A stretch of DNA of 64,000 nucleotides, from positions 2,976-66,975 of IMG/VR virus record IMGVR_UViG_3300033149_002333; one strand, written 5' to 3'. The translations under genes and the position numbers were made by a program. Shown here piece by piece: positions 30,136 to 40,166 of this stretch. Within the stretch, counting starts at the first letter, position 1. Every line of letters starts with the position of its first letter. The notes below the pieces were generated by a model. The model saw only the letters and a list, made by a program, of their open reading frames with translations, was not told where the DNA came from and did no database searches. The DNA comes from a virus.

Positions 30136-30422
30136 TGGGCGTGTTATATAAAATTCGCGGTAAAGGTTTGAAGGCTGAGGATTTGGTTATCGAACTGAAC
30201 GGTCTGTTGCAAGAATTGAGCGAAGTTCTAGACCAAGTCCGTGGCCTACGCGGAGACATCAGCTGGCACAACAGAGCAATTACCAACCACGACATTGTAA
30301 TAGGCAATAATTCCAAAGGTTTGGTCCTGCGCGACACCGCCAACCCGGCGAATTACTGGCGTGTTACTGTCGATTCAACTGGATCACTACAAGTTACCAA
30401 TCTAGGGAGGAACTATAAATGA
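30135..30422 (+). CDS. Small tail protein
   Basis: Coiled coil plus GLVLRD...YWRVTVDSTGSL motif. Confidence 0.65.
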   Translation: MGVLYKIRGKGLKAEDLVIELNGLLQELSEVLDQVRGLRGDISWHNRAITNHDIVIGNNSKGLVLRDTANPANYWRVTVDSTGSLQVTNLGRNYK

Positions 30423-31117
30423 GTGGCGACGGTGGAAGCACTTTAGGAAGTGCAGCCCAGCTGGCTCTGGGTGGTTTTGGGATGATTCAATCCTACAGAG
30501 CTGCTAGCAGACAGGAGGACGTCCTGCGCGGAGCACAAAGGGCCGCACAGCAGCAGCGGGGTCGAGTTGAGCCTATTTTTGAGTATTTCTTGGGCGGTGG
30601 TCGGGCGCAGGATTTGAACATCCCCGGGTTTGCTGAGCAGTTTGCCGAGGTCGACGCTGCGCTCCAAGAAGAACAGCGTAGAATAGATGCTCAGTTTCAG
30701 AACGCCCAGCAGCAAATTATGGACGCTATACCTCAGCAGCGCGGGGCTAGAGTTCGAGCTTTGGCCGAGCTGGCACGCAAAAAACAAGACCTGAAAGCCG
30801 CTGCGGCACGCCGGGCGATTCAACGCAAGCATGAGCTCGATGTAACGCTGACGAACGATTATCTTAAAGCAGCTTTGGGGTATGCTCCCGGGGGTTCTCA
30901 AGAGGCTTTGTTGGCTCAGGCGCAACGGTCGTACGATACGAATCTCGCCAACTTGGCAGCTTTAGGGCAGTATGTAGGTTCGGCTTTGGGACCTAGAGTG
31001 CAACAACAGCCAATGGTGAACGTATACTCCGGCTACCCCTCAAGGCCACCGGTTGCGCCATACAGCACTCTAGCACGACAACCGAGTGAGTTCTCACTTC
31101 GCGGGGTAGGAGGCTAA
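30419..31117 (+). CDS. Putative ejection/internal virion protein
   Basis: Ala/Gln/Gly-rich helical protein following the nozzle. Confidence 0.6.
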   Translation: MSGDGGSTLGSAAQLALGGFGMIQSYRAASRQEDVLRGAQRAAQQQRGRVEPIFEYFLGGGRAQDLNIPGFAEQFAEVDAALQEEQRRIDAQFQNAQQQIMDAIPQQRGARVRALAELARKKQDLKAAAARRAIQRKHELDVTLTNDYLKAALGYAPGGSQEALLAQAQRSYDTNLANLAALGQYVGSALGPRVQQQPMVNVYSGYPSRPPVAPYSTLARQPSEFSLRGVGG

Positions 31118-31118
31118 A

Positions 31119-32000
31119 ATGACAGACGGAGCTTTAGGCACTGCTATCGCCGGGGCACTGGGAGGTTATCAACAGTCTGTTGAACGCGCAGCTCAGGCAC
31201 GCCGCAGTAGGGAATCCCAGGCGTTGGAGATGTATACTACGCTGCTCAAAGAAGGCTGGAGGCCCGTAGATATTAAACGCGGCAGTAGGGAGGGCGAGGT
31301 TCTACAGATAGCCCCGCTCGGGGTGTTTTTAGAGCCGCCCAAGATAGATAAGTCGAAAGAATACGCCCTGAGGTTAAAACGCCTAGAAACGGAAGAACGG
31401 ATAGCTAACATGCGGTTGGCTATCGCTAAGGCACAACAAGAGGGGTTGATTTCTAAGAGTGAGGCTGCGGAGAAACTTAGAGGGTTGGACTTGAAGATCA
31501 AGCAATTGCAACTAGCTCAGGAAGAAGCCCGAACCGAGCGCGCTAGGACTGGTGGAGCAGGCAGGGTTTTCTTCAATCGAATCCCCTTGGGTGGTGCTAA
31601 AGAACGCGTCGTCGGCCAAGATACCTACGGAAACGTGGTTTATGATGAGGTCGTAGACACGACCAAACCTCCCAGTCCAACCGAGCGCCGAATGGCTGTT
31701 AGGCAATTGGCTGAGGACGAAATACAAATCGAGTTAAACAAAAACCTCGAAGCCGTCAAGCCGCTGATTCAGAGTGTTAACAACCGCCTACCCCCGGATG
31801 CTCGATACGGATGGGCTTGGCTTGATGCTGGCTGGTTGCCAGATATTCTACCCTTCGGCGAGCACAGCGGAGCCGTTAAGGTCGAACTTCCTCCCGAGGT
31901 CGGAACTATGGCTACGGTCAGACAAATGGCCAAGGAAAACGGAATCAGCGTCGAAGAACAATTGGAGCTTATTTACGTAAGAACCCAAGAGGAAAAGTAA
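31119..32000 (+). CDS. Putative ejection/internal virion protein
   Basis: ALGTAIAGALGGY N-terminus; coiled coil. Confidence 0.6.
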   Translation: MTDGALGTAIAGALGGYQQSVERAAQARRSRESQALEMYTTLLKEGWRPVDIKRGSREGEVLQIAPLGVFLEPPKIDKSKEYALRLKRLETEERIANMRLAIAKAQQEGLISKSEAAEKLRGLDLKIKQLQLAQEEARTERARTGGAGRVFFNRIPLGGAKERVVGQDTYGNVVYDEVVDTTKPPSPTERRMAVRQLAEDEIQIELNKNLEAVKPLIQSVNNRLPPDARYGWAWLDAGWLPDILPFGEHSGAVKVELPPEVGTMATVRQMAKENGISVEEQLELIYVRTQEEK

Positions 32001-34799
32001 ATGACTCCTAGTGAGTTAGCTAGAAAGTACGCTCCAGCTGAGAAATCCGAGCTGGCCCAAAAGTACTCCCCCGAAGACAGAGACTTCCCGCGCAAAGCTC
32101 CAGTTTATCGCGGAGGGATGTTAGCGCCGACGCTCAAGACTGCCGGTGCAGTCGTTGGTGGCGCAGCAGCATTTCCGCTGGCTGGCCTGGGTGCTTACGG
32201 AGTGTTCGTAGCCAAAGGTCCTGAAGCTGCGGAGCGGGTTTATAACAAGTTGTTAGAAGCTCCTGCTAAGCTGTTGAATTTGGGCGAGAAGGAACAGGAG
32301 ATTTTATCAGCTATTGGATTGCCGTTCGAAAAGCTTCACGAAGCCGGGAACTGGATTCAAGAACAGTTCGAAGACAGTCCAACGCTGGGAGCTACGTTGG
32401 CGACGGCGTTCGAATTCGGGGCGATGATGCTGGGGCCTGCGTGGGCTAAGAAGGTGGTTGGGCGGCTGCAAAAAGGAGATAAAATCGGGGCGGCTGCCGA
32501 GCTTCGAAGGGTGCATGAAGAGCGCTTGGAGGGGCTTCGAGCCAAGCCTCCCAGGTTGAAGGAGCTAGCTAAGCGAGAGGCGGCCCTGAGAGGCCCTGAG
32601 AGCTTCGAGGATCTTGCCAAATTAGAAAGCTATATCAGGACAAGGGTGGCCGAGGGGAAGCTCCCTGTGGGGCAAATTCGGGGCTTTCTGAAGAAGCTCC
32701 AAAAAGCTGCCCCTGAGCCTCCGCCAGCCGAACCCCACCCTTTATATGGCCGAGTGATCAAACAACGCACCCTGAAGAAAAGCGACGGTACGGAGCTTAA
32801 GTTTCCTAAGGTTTATCTAGGCGAACTTAGCATACTCCAAAAGATGCCCGATTTGCCGCCGACGTTTGTAGGACTTGGCGGGGAGCTAAAATGGACGCCT
32901 GCTACGTTCAGCAGCGCGGGGTCGGGCCTGTGGAAAACGCGGCCTTTGGGTGGGTTGATTGAGCCGATGATTAGTGTGTTTGATCGCCTCGGGCCTAAGG
33001 CGAAGGAGTTGATTTATAGGCCGGTTAAGCAAGCAGAATTCAACATCGCGGTCGATAATAAGCGATTGCAGAGTTTTATAAAAGATGTTCGTAAGAAATA
33101 CTCAGCCAAAGAACGCGAACGTATAGGCTTGTGGGCTGTTGCTCAGCAAAAACGCGGAAAGCAAATTTTGAAAATAATGGGCCGGAAGGTTGAGCAACTA
33201 ACCCCGCGCGAAAAGCAGCTTTATAAAGAGTTGCGTGGAAGGTTTGATCTTTATTGGGAGCGCTTGAACTCAGCAAGAAAAGCCTCAGGTAAAGCCCCGC
33301 TTCCGAAGGTGCGAAATTACTTCACCTTCATGCGAACGCTGGATTATATGGACAAGCTGGGCATAAATCCAGTCGAAGCCTCGGCTAAGAGTTTTGCTAA
33401 GCATTTGGATGCTGTTAAGTCGATGTATGGCATTCCGACTACGGCTAAGTTTCCTTTCGAAATTCCGCGCTTGAAGGCGGCGGGGTTGTCGGTTGAGTTG
33501 GATGTAGCTAGGGTGTTTGAGCGCTATGGCGAAGCAGCGAATAGGTATATACACCTCAGTCCAGTGTTGACTAAAATCCACGAACTAACCGGAACATCGA
33601 TTGTCGATCCGAAAACTGGCAAACGCTGGCGTTTGAGCGAAACGCATCCGAATGCTTACGAGGCGATAACCAAATGGCGAACGTTTCTAGCTAATGCGTC
33701 GGATATGAGTTTTCTAGGCAAGGCGCCGCCGTTGGTCGAGCGGGCAGCCCGAACGCTGAATAGAAATCTAACCTATGCGGTGTTGAGTGCTAATGTTCGC
33801 TCGGCACTGATTCAGCCTACGGCGTTTGTTAATACCTTCACGCAGATTGGTTCTAGATACGGCTTCGAAGGAGCTTATAGTTTATTCTCGCCTCAGAAGC
33901 GCAAGTTTGTGCTTCAGAATTCTAAGGTTCTGCTACCGAGGCAATATGATGTTGCTGTGCGTGAAGCCATGCAAGCTGTTAAATCGGGGCGGGTAGGTGA
34001 AGCTAAGAAACTAACTGCACGCGTAGCTTTGAAGCCTCTGCAAATGCTAGATATGGAAACTGCAACGGCTACGTGGTATGGCGGATATAAGTATGCTAAG
34101 GAGGCTCTAGGTTTAAGCCATAAGCGCGCGGCTAACTGGGCGGATGATTTAGTTACTCGAACGCAGGCCAGCGGTGCGATGTCGGATATTGCCCCAATTC
34201 AGCGTAGTGCTCTGGGGCGGTCGGCTAGTTTGTTTCAAACATTTATTATTCAGAATTGGAATTTGTTAACGCGGGATATTTTAGGATTAAACAATCCCCG
34301 CATTAGCCGAGCTACCGCAATGCGTCGAGTAGCCAGATTGATTATGGGAACGACGTTAGTTAATATGCTTTATGAGGATGTTCTGGGGCTGAATTCGCCC
34401 TTTCCGACGCCGCTCAGGGTTTATCAAGAAATGGTCGATGAAGGTGCGCCGCCGCAGGAACGCTTGGTCAGGATCATTAAGGAGTTGTCGGAATATGTTC
34501 CAATAATCGGAGGCGGATTAAGGTATGGCTCACATCCTTTGGGAGCTCCGTTTCAGTTTGCTGGCGAAGTTTCGGAGGCTTTAAGCGGAGAACCGTTAGC
34601 TCCCGGAATACCCGAACTAGCTGCCAAGGGCGCAGGTATTCCAGGAACGCAGGCTTTGATTAAGTATAAGAAAATTCGCCAACGCGGCGGTACCATTCCT
34701 GAGGCGATAATAGGTAAGTTTCCCAAGAAGTCTTTGCGAGAAGCCTTGAAAGCATTGCCCCCACCTACAGCCGGGAAAGCATTAAGAAGATTAAAGTAG
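32001..34799 (+). CDS. Large putative ejection protein
   Basis: 932 aa, helical, last gene of the structural arm; ADDLVTRTQ..SLFQTF pattern. Confidence 0.7.
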   Translation: MTPSELARKYAPAEKSELAQKYSPEDRDFPRKAPVYRGGMLAPTLKTAGAVVGGAAAFPLAGLGAYGVFVAKGPEAAERVYNKLLEAPAKLLNLGEKEQEILSAIGLPFEKLHEAGNWIQEQFEDSPTLGATLATAFEFGAMMLGPAWAKKVVGRLQKGDKIGAAAELRRVHEERLEGLRAKPPRLKELAKREAALRGPESFEDLAKLESYIRTRVAEGKLPVGQIRGFLKKLQKAAPEPPPAEPHPLYGRVIKQRTLKKSDGTELKFPKVYLGELSILQKMPDLPPTFVGLGGELKWTPATFSSAGSGLWKTRPLGGLIEPMISVFDRLGPKAKELIYRPVKQAEFNIAVDNKRLQSFIKDVRKKYSAKERERIGLWAVAQQKRGKQILKIMGRKVEQLTPREKQLYKELRGRFDLYWERLNSARKASGKAPLPKVRNYFTFMRTLDYMDKLGINPVEASAKSFAKHLDAVKSMYGIPTTAKFPFEIPRLKAAGLSVELDVARVFERYGEAANRYIHLSPVLTKIHELTGTSIVDPKTGKRWRLSETHPNAYEAITKWRTFLANASDMSFLGKAPPLVERAARTLNRNLTYAVLSANVRSALIQPTAFVNTFTQIGSRYGFEGAYSLFSPQKRKFVLQNSKVLLPRQYDVAVREAMQAVKSGRVGEAKKLTARVALKPLQMLDMETATATWYGGYKYAKEALGLSHKRAANWADDLVTRTQASGAMSDIAPIQRSALGRSASLFQTFIIQNWNLLTRDILGLNNPRISRATAMRRVARLIMGTTLVNMLYEDVLGLNSPFPTPLRVYQEMVDEGAPPQERLVRIIKELSEYVPIIGGGLRYGSHPLGAPFQFAGEVSEALSGEPLAPGIPELAAKGAGIPGTQALIKYKKIRQRGGTIPEAIIGKFPKKSLREALKALPPPTAGKALRRLK

Positions 34800-34862
34800 C
34801 ATAAATTAGCAGCTCGCATAATTCTTTAATCCAAGTCCAAACCCGGTGTTTCATCCAACGGT

Positions 34863-36077
34863 TCATACAGGCTCCGTTAGTCGATAGATTGTCTGACTTT
34901 TGCGCTTGCCTGGGTTGATGATGGTTTCGACCAACCCCGCGTCGTTTAGGTTTTGCATTATTCTGTCGAGGGTTAGGTGGTCGAAGCGGCTGAAGTTCAG
35001 CCGCAGAATTTGCGAGCGGGAAAGCTCGTTCGCAGGAGCGCGGGAGAGCTGGGTTACGACTATGTCTCGGTATTTAAGCGCGGGGTCGTCTACAACTCCA
35101 CTTAGGGCTTTCGACATGGTTTGTTCTGTTGAATGGAGGATTTTCAAAGCGCGGGCCATGATGATGTCGTCGACGATAAGAGTGTCGTCGCGGGATACGG
35201 ACAGCAAGATGCACAACTTGAAAATCAAATCGCGCTTACGCATATAATAACCACGCAGGCGTTCGTCTTTGACCTCAGAAGCCCCGCGTTTGAGTAGACG
35301 ATACCAGGCTTCGTAGTCTTGACGGGCTTCTTGAGTTATGATGATTTCGCCTTTTATGTTGGCGGCTATATAATCCAAGTCCTCTGCCAAATCATCCCAA
35401 GTATCTTTGCGTTCGGCAGTCCAAGCCTCCTCTGGGAAAGGAATTAGTTTTTCGGTTCCATCTGAATAAACATAAACAAACCTGCCCGTAAAACCGCCAG
35501 CAACCTCATCAGATGTTGTTCCAACAGTTAGCCATTCCGGAGTCGAGCAAGCAAGGAGATTTATGCAGACGTTGCGGTATTTGCGTATCTGCATATCTCC
35601 CCCGCCTTTGCCTTTGGTTGAGTACTCGGCGTAATCGGGGCAGGTATAGAATGAAGTCAGTAAAGTAACAAGTTCCGTTTTGTTCAAATCCCCCAAGAAA
35701 GTTTTCATCTCCGGGGCGTAGATAGACATCACGCATTCGTTGTAAGCTCCGACTAGTTTGTGCATGCGTTCGAGAATAAACCACGAAGTTAGCTTCTCTC
35801 GGCGGAGTTCTATTTTGTGTTTTAGTGCAACTTTTTGGAGGATGTTTACTCCTAGATCCGCAGCGGTTGTCTTGCCGTCGCCGGTTGGCCCGATGATACC
35901 TACGTAGAGGTTTGGGAAGATTTTCCAGCGAACTCGGTCGTAATAAACCTTACGGCCGAGGGCAGTAGCCAGAACGTATAAACCTATCCATAGATTGAAG
36001 TTATCTGGCGCTTCGACCGTGTCGCGAGTTGTCTCTACGTAGGTCGAGATCCAGTCTTTTAGGTTGCGTTTGGGCAT
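34863..36077 (-). CDS. P-loop NTPase, DUF3987-like (replication helicase-related) with wHTH-like C-terminus
   Basis: PNLYVGIIGPTGDGKTT; GGFTGRF; close to the DNA polymerase. Confidence 0.75.
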   Translation of the reverse strand: MPKRNLKDWISTYVETTRDTVEAPDNFNLWIGLYVLATALGRKVYYDRVRWKIFPNLYVGIIGPTGDGKTTAADLGVNILQKVALKHKIELRREKLTSWFILERMHKLVGAYNECVMSIYAPEMKTFLGDLNKTELVTLLTSFYTCPDYAEYSTKGKGGGDMQIRKYRNVCINLLACSTPEWLTVGTTSDEVAGGFTGRFVYVYSDGTEKLIPFPEEAWTAERKDTWDDLAEDLDYIAANIKGEIIITQEARQDYEAWYRLLKRGASEVKDERLRGYYMRKRDLIFKLCILLSVSRDDTLIVDDIIMARALKILHSTEQTMSKALSGVVDDPALKYRDIVVTQLSRAPANELSRSQILRLNFSRFDHLTLDRIMQNLNDAGLVETIINPGKRKSQTIYRLTEPV

Positions 36078-36080
36078 AAA

Positions 36081-36410
36081 TCACTCGGCTGGCGGGGAGT
36101 CGGTTACCCACTCTCCACAAGTCAATAGGCCAAACTGAAGGATGCGGCTTAGTATGTCGGATTCGAAATCGGCGGCGTTTGGAAACCGCTTTTTGAATTC
36201 TGGGTCTCGTTCAGTGTTGAGGTCGTAAAGTCGTTCGAGTATTTTGTAAGCTGCATGGGGAATGCGCAGACTTACTAGAACTCGGTGGCAGTCTTCGTCA
36301 TTCCAGGCTTCTGGTTGAGGTAAGGCAAACAACATAGCTTGGCTGATAGTACCCAAAGAGTGCAAATAATTTCCAGGTTTGGCAGCTTTGCCTAGTATGT
36401 GGATTGACAT
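36081..36410 (-). CDS. Hypothetical protein
   Basis: Tightly packed in operon; GGAGG RBS. Confidence 0.6.
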   Translation of the reverse strand: MSIHILGKAAKPGNYLHSLGTISQAMLFALPQPEAWNDEDCHRVLVSLRIPHAAYKILERLYDLNTERDPEFKKRFPNAADFESDILSRILQFGLLTCGEWVTDSPPAE

Positions 36411-36722
36411 CTAACCCTCCTTTGAGGCCAAAAGTTTAGGCAGCAGTTCGCGCAGAAGTTGATGATGTGATTTGGCTAGTTCGAGCAATTTGTCAGCTTC
36501 GGGTTTGGATTCCTTGGCGACGGAGGGTCTGAAGGTGTCGAACAGTTCTGGGTGTTCTTCTAGCTCGACTTCGCGATGACGTTTCCATAGCAAGAATTCG
36601 ATGTCATTCAAGAAACTTTGACGCTTTGATATATTGATACGTTCTTCGATGGTTTGTTCTTTGGTCATCTGGGAGATTTCTGCTGTTGTGGGTAGCTGAA
36701 AACTGTAAGTGTAACTCATCAC
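36411..36722 (-). CDS. Hypothetical protein
   Basis: Tightly packed; GGAGG RBS. Confidence 0.6.
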   Translation of the reverse strand: MMSYTYSFQLPTTAEISQMTKEQTIEERINISKRQSFLNDIEFLLWKRHREVELEEHPELFDTFRPSVAKESKPEADKLLELAKSHHQLLRELLPKLLASKEG

Positions 36723-36919
36723 AAACCCCTCCTTTGTCTTAGTTTGAGTTCAAGTTCTCGCATTCTACGTTTGTAGGCGTCTTTCTGTGCTTGATGCCGC
36801 CTTTTCATAGCTTCGATGCAGGAAGTTCGCGCGTGGCAACATATCTGATTTGGCTGACCGAGAAAATCCTCGCCGCAGAATATGCACGTGCGAATCCATA
36901 GAAAATCGGTTTTGCTCAT
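36719..36919 (-). CDS. Small Cys-rich protein
   Basis: CIFC...CC....C. Confidence 0.6.
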   Translation of the reverse strand: MSKTDFLWIRTCIFCGEDFLGQPNQICCHARTSCIEAMKRRHQAQKDAYKRRMRELELKLRQRRGL

Positions 36920-39246
36920 TTTAACCAGGTCTCCTTTGGTCCATCGATGTCTACGGGAATAGTTAGGACGTCGCCTTTGATTTCGATTTCGCGTAGGGTT
37001 TCGAGGTGGAGTTTGATGAGTTGGTTGATGGTTTCGACCAGCTCGGGCGGGGTTGATATTAGAACCGAGTCGTGGGTTTGGGTTGCGATGTAGACTTCAT
37101 CTGGTTTGGTTAGCCAAAATCCCAGCAGGCCGATGTTGATTGTGTCAACGACGGTTGATTGCGGAATTTGAGCATAGCCTGAGCGGAAGGTTTCGTCGTC
37201 GATTCTGCCAGTGAAAACACGAGTTCGTCCATAAGGGGTGGTCAGACGGCGTTCGGTCGAAATCAAACTGCGGATTTCTTGGTGGTAGCGTTGGAGTTCT
37301 GGAACGACTGCGAAGTACTTAGCCCGAATGGCTTTGGCTTCGGCCACGGGGCGTCCGATTAGAGTGGCGAATTTGCGCTCGCCCATGTGGTAGTTAGATC
37401 CATGAACAGTTTGCTTGGCTATTTTGTATTGAGCCGGGGTTACATCCTCACCGAAGATCCAGCGGGCGACCTCGGAGTGGATTTTCTTGCCCGAGGCGAA
37501 GACTTGTTTCAGCTTGTCAGACTCCATCAAATAAGCCATTACCATGGCTTCGGCTTGTCGCAGGTCTGGTTCAACGAAAACATGGCCAGGCTCGGGCAGG
37601 AATAGCTTGCGGAATTTTTTAGGCTGGTTTTGCAAGTTGGTGCCTTCGTTGCGAAAGTTGCTCTTCGAGTTCAAGCGACCAGTTACGGTCGTTCCATAGC
37701 TGCAACGCATCCGGCCATCGGGGCTGAGTTTAGCTTTGAGGTAAGTTCCTAGATCCTTAGCCTTGAGGGTACGCGCACATAAAATAAGATCAAAAAGCTG
37801 TCGATATTGCGGATAGCGTGCGGAGAGTTCGTGTAGCTTTTTTTCGTCGAGGTTCCAATTTCCGGCTGCGGTTTTAGGCACGGGGATTTTGAGCTTGTAG
37901 TAGAGTAGGTCGCCTATTTGTTTGGATGAGTTTGGATTTAGTTCCTGTCCTGTCAATTCGGCGATGTGCCATAAAACGTCCGGTAGTTCATCAGACTCGA
38001 TTCGTTCGATCCAGCTATTCCTAAGAGCTGTGTCAACCCTCAGCCCTCGGTGTTCCATTTCGAACAAAACGCGTCTAAAGGGCATAATGTAGCCAACGAA
38101 GAAATCGTACAAACCAAGCTCAAGGAGGTCCTGTCGCAGCTTAAGCTGAACTCGATGGGTGGCAATGACGTCTTTGATGTTGTATTCCCAGAGGGTTTGG
38201 TCGTGGGGTAGGCTTTTTTCTTGCCAGTCTTTGAATTCATCCTTGTGGTAGGGCATTGAGGTGTAGACCGAGGTCAAAAATCCTAGGTCGTGCTTAGCAT
38301 CTGGGTGGATAAGCCAATGGGCGTACATGGTGTCGAACAAAGGCTCACGCGGGAAGCCTAAGAGCGGCAGCAAAAAGTGAAGATCATAGTGCATATTCTG
38401 GGCTATTTTGGTTATGCGAGGATTCTGGAAAATCGAGCGCATTTCGTTGAGTAGCATGATTTGTTCAGCTTCAGACCAACGGAGCTTGAGACCAGAATGT
38501 CTAAAAGGAATGCAAATTGCGGAGTTTGGATTTAAGGTCCAGCCTATGCAGGTGATGCGTTGATGGCCCACGGTTTCGATGTCGAAGCAAGTGGAGGTTG
38601 AGGTTGCGTTGATGGTTTTGAGAAACTCGAAGGCTTGGGTGAAAGTTGGGTTGATGATTTGTTCGTAGCTGATGTCTTTGGGTTTGATGCCGAAAGCCAA
38701 CTTAGCCCAAGTTTTGATATCGTGGCGAACGTATGGGTAGAGGTGCAGTTGGCCGCGCAGCAAGTAGGCAGGATGAAGCGTCGGAATCAAGGGATATGGC
38801 TCGGGGGTTAGTTTGCACTCCATTAGCGAGCCGCGCCATTTGGTTATGCCGCTCTCGTGGGTTAGGACTTGCAACGCGAGATTGCCCACAGCTAAAATGG
38901 CTTTAGGTTGGACTATGGAAAGTTCCTCTTTAAGCATTGGGAGGAAGTCTGCGGTGGAAAGTCCGAGTTCGTAAAGTCGGTCCATCTTGTTGGCTGGCGG
39001 GCGGACTTTGCAGACGTTGGTTATGTAGATTGAAGAGCGGGGAATGTTGAGGTCGGCGAGGAGTTTGTTAAGCAGACCTCCGGCTTTGCCGACGAAGTAG
39101 TCGCCTTCTAGTTCTTCGTCTGCCCCGAGGGATTCGCCTATGATGCAAAGGCGCGTGGGTTTGAGCGGGGAAGTTGGCAGAACGAGCTTAGCTTTCACGC
39201 ATTTTGCAACGAGCGCGGGGTAGGATTGAAGTTCAGTAGGATGCAT
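36916..39246 (-). CDS. polA: Family A DNA polymerase with N-terminal uracil-DNA-glycosylase-like and 3'-5' exonuclease domains
   Basis: UDG: GE..G..E...G..FVGKAG, TNVCK.RPP, HPAYLLR. Exonuclease: FDIET. Polymerase: DLRQAE, AKQTVHGSNY, THDS. Confidence 0.93.
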   Translation of the reverse strand: MHPTELQSYPALVAKCVKAKLVLPTSPLKPTRLCIIGESLGADEELEGDYFVGKAGGLLNKLLADLNIPRSSIYITNVCKVRPPANKMDRLYELGLSTADFLPMLKEELSIVQPKAILAVGNLALQVLTHESGITKWRGSLMECKLTPEPYPLIPTLHPAYLLRGQLHLYPYVRHDIKTWAKLAFGIKPKDISYEQIINPTFTQAFEFLKTINATSTSTCFDIETVGHQRITCIGWTLNPNSAICIPFRHSGLKLRWSEAEQIMLLNEMRSIFQNPRITKIAQNMHYDLHFLLPLLGFPREPLFDTMYAHWLIHPDAKHDLGFLTSVYTSMPYHKDEFKDWQEKSLPHDQTLWEYNIKDVIATHRVQLKLRQDLLELGLYDFFVGYIMPFRRVLFEMEHRGLRVDTALRNSWIERIESDELPDVLWHIAELTGQELNPNSSKQIGDLLYYKLKIPVPKTAAGNWNLDEKKLHELSARYPQYRQLFDLILCARTLKAKDLGTYLKAKLSPDGRMRCSYGTTVTGRLNSKSNFRNEGTNLQNQPKKFRKLFLPEPGHVFVEPDLRQAEAMVMAYLMESDKLKQVFASGKKIHSEVARWIFGEDVTPAQYKIAKQTVHGSNYHMGERKFATLIGRPVAEAKAIRAKYFAVVPELQRYHQEIRSLISTERRLTTPYGRTRVFTGRIDDETFRSGYAQIPQSTVVDTINIGLLGFWLTKPDEVYIATQTHDSVLISTPPELVETINQLIKLHLETLREIEIKGDVLTIPVDIDGPKETWLK

Positions 39247-39311
39247 ATACTGCTCCGTTTATTTGAAGATGGAGTCCATAACGGTGAAGAAGCCTCCTAG
39301 ACCGACTGCTA

Positions 39312-40166
39312 TTAGGAACAAGATCCGGGCAGTGGTCCAAAGGAAGTCCAAACATTTGTCGAGGGCGTTCCCGAGCTTGGAGAGGGGACGGCAGAAGTAG
39401 TCCATTTGCGTGCTCCCAGCCAGATGGTAGTGATCAACCGTTGGATTAAATTTCGTGCATCTTCTTTGGAAGTTGGGTTGTAACTAGGAAAATGCTTGCG
39501 CCAAGTTGTGTTCCAGATTTCGAGGTAATTAGCGCCCACTGCGGGTCTGTTCGTGAATGTTTGCCAGTAGGGCAAAAGGTCGGCATAAGCCTGGCGTAGA
39601 AAAAACTTATCCGGCGGTGCGAAATAAGGGGTCATTGCGTGTCGGTCTAGGTTTAGGAATGGTTGGTAAAGCTCCACGTTGAGAAAGTTGCATGGAATTT
39701 GGAAGGCTGGTTGGACGTACATAAGTTGCCCCGCCCAACCTCGGAGGTAGCTTCCGTGGTCGTAGCCCCCGAAGTGTTCATCCGCTCCCTCGCCAGTGAA
39801 GATAGCGTTGGCTTTGCATTTGGTTGCTGCGTATTTGATGGCAAACCAAGGCCAGACATTCCACTGAGGCTTGGGGAAGTGACATAGGATTTGGGGGAGT
39901 TCGCCAACGAACTCTTCATGGATATCGATGAAGTGGTAGCGTACTCCGTAATGCCGAGCTACTCGTTCAGCTTCTTCGCGTGGGTCCTTGGAGGTTCCGA
40001 AGCCTACGGTTATAGCGTCGATGCATGCTGGCGGGTAGAGTTCGCATAGGTGGTGTAGGATTATAGTCGAGTCCAGGCCTCCGCTCAGTAAGATTGCGGG
40101 CCTGAGCCCCGGATTTTGGGGAAAGTTTGCTTTTATATGATTTCTAATCACACTCGGCATAAGCAT
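39312..40166 (-). CDS. Asparagine-synthetase-like ATP pyrophosphatase domain, no glutaminase domain
   Basis: LLSGGLDST, TGEGADEHFGGY. Confidence 0.85.
   Translation of the reverse strand: MLMPSVIRNHIKANFPQNPGLRPAILLSGGLDSTIILHHLCELYPPACIDAITVGFGTSKDPREEAERVARHYGVRYHFIDIHEEFVGELPQILCHFPKPQWNVWPWFAIKYAATKCKANAIFTGEGADEHFGGYDHGSYLRGWAGQLMYVQPAFQIPCNFLNVELYQPFLNLDRHAMTPYFAPPDKFFLRQAYADLLPYWQTFTNRPAVGANYLEIWNTTWRKHFPSYNPTSKEDARNLIQRLITTIWLGARKWTTSAVPSPSSGTPSTNVWTSFGPLPGSCS

Noticed and set aside
39312-40166. QueC / 7-deazaguanine DNA modification
   Set aside because: GEGADE..GGY is asparagine-synthetase-type; no QueC Cys cluster, QueD, FolE or DpdA is visible.
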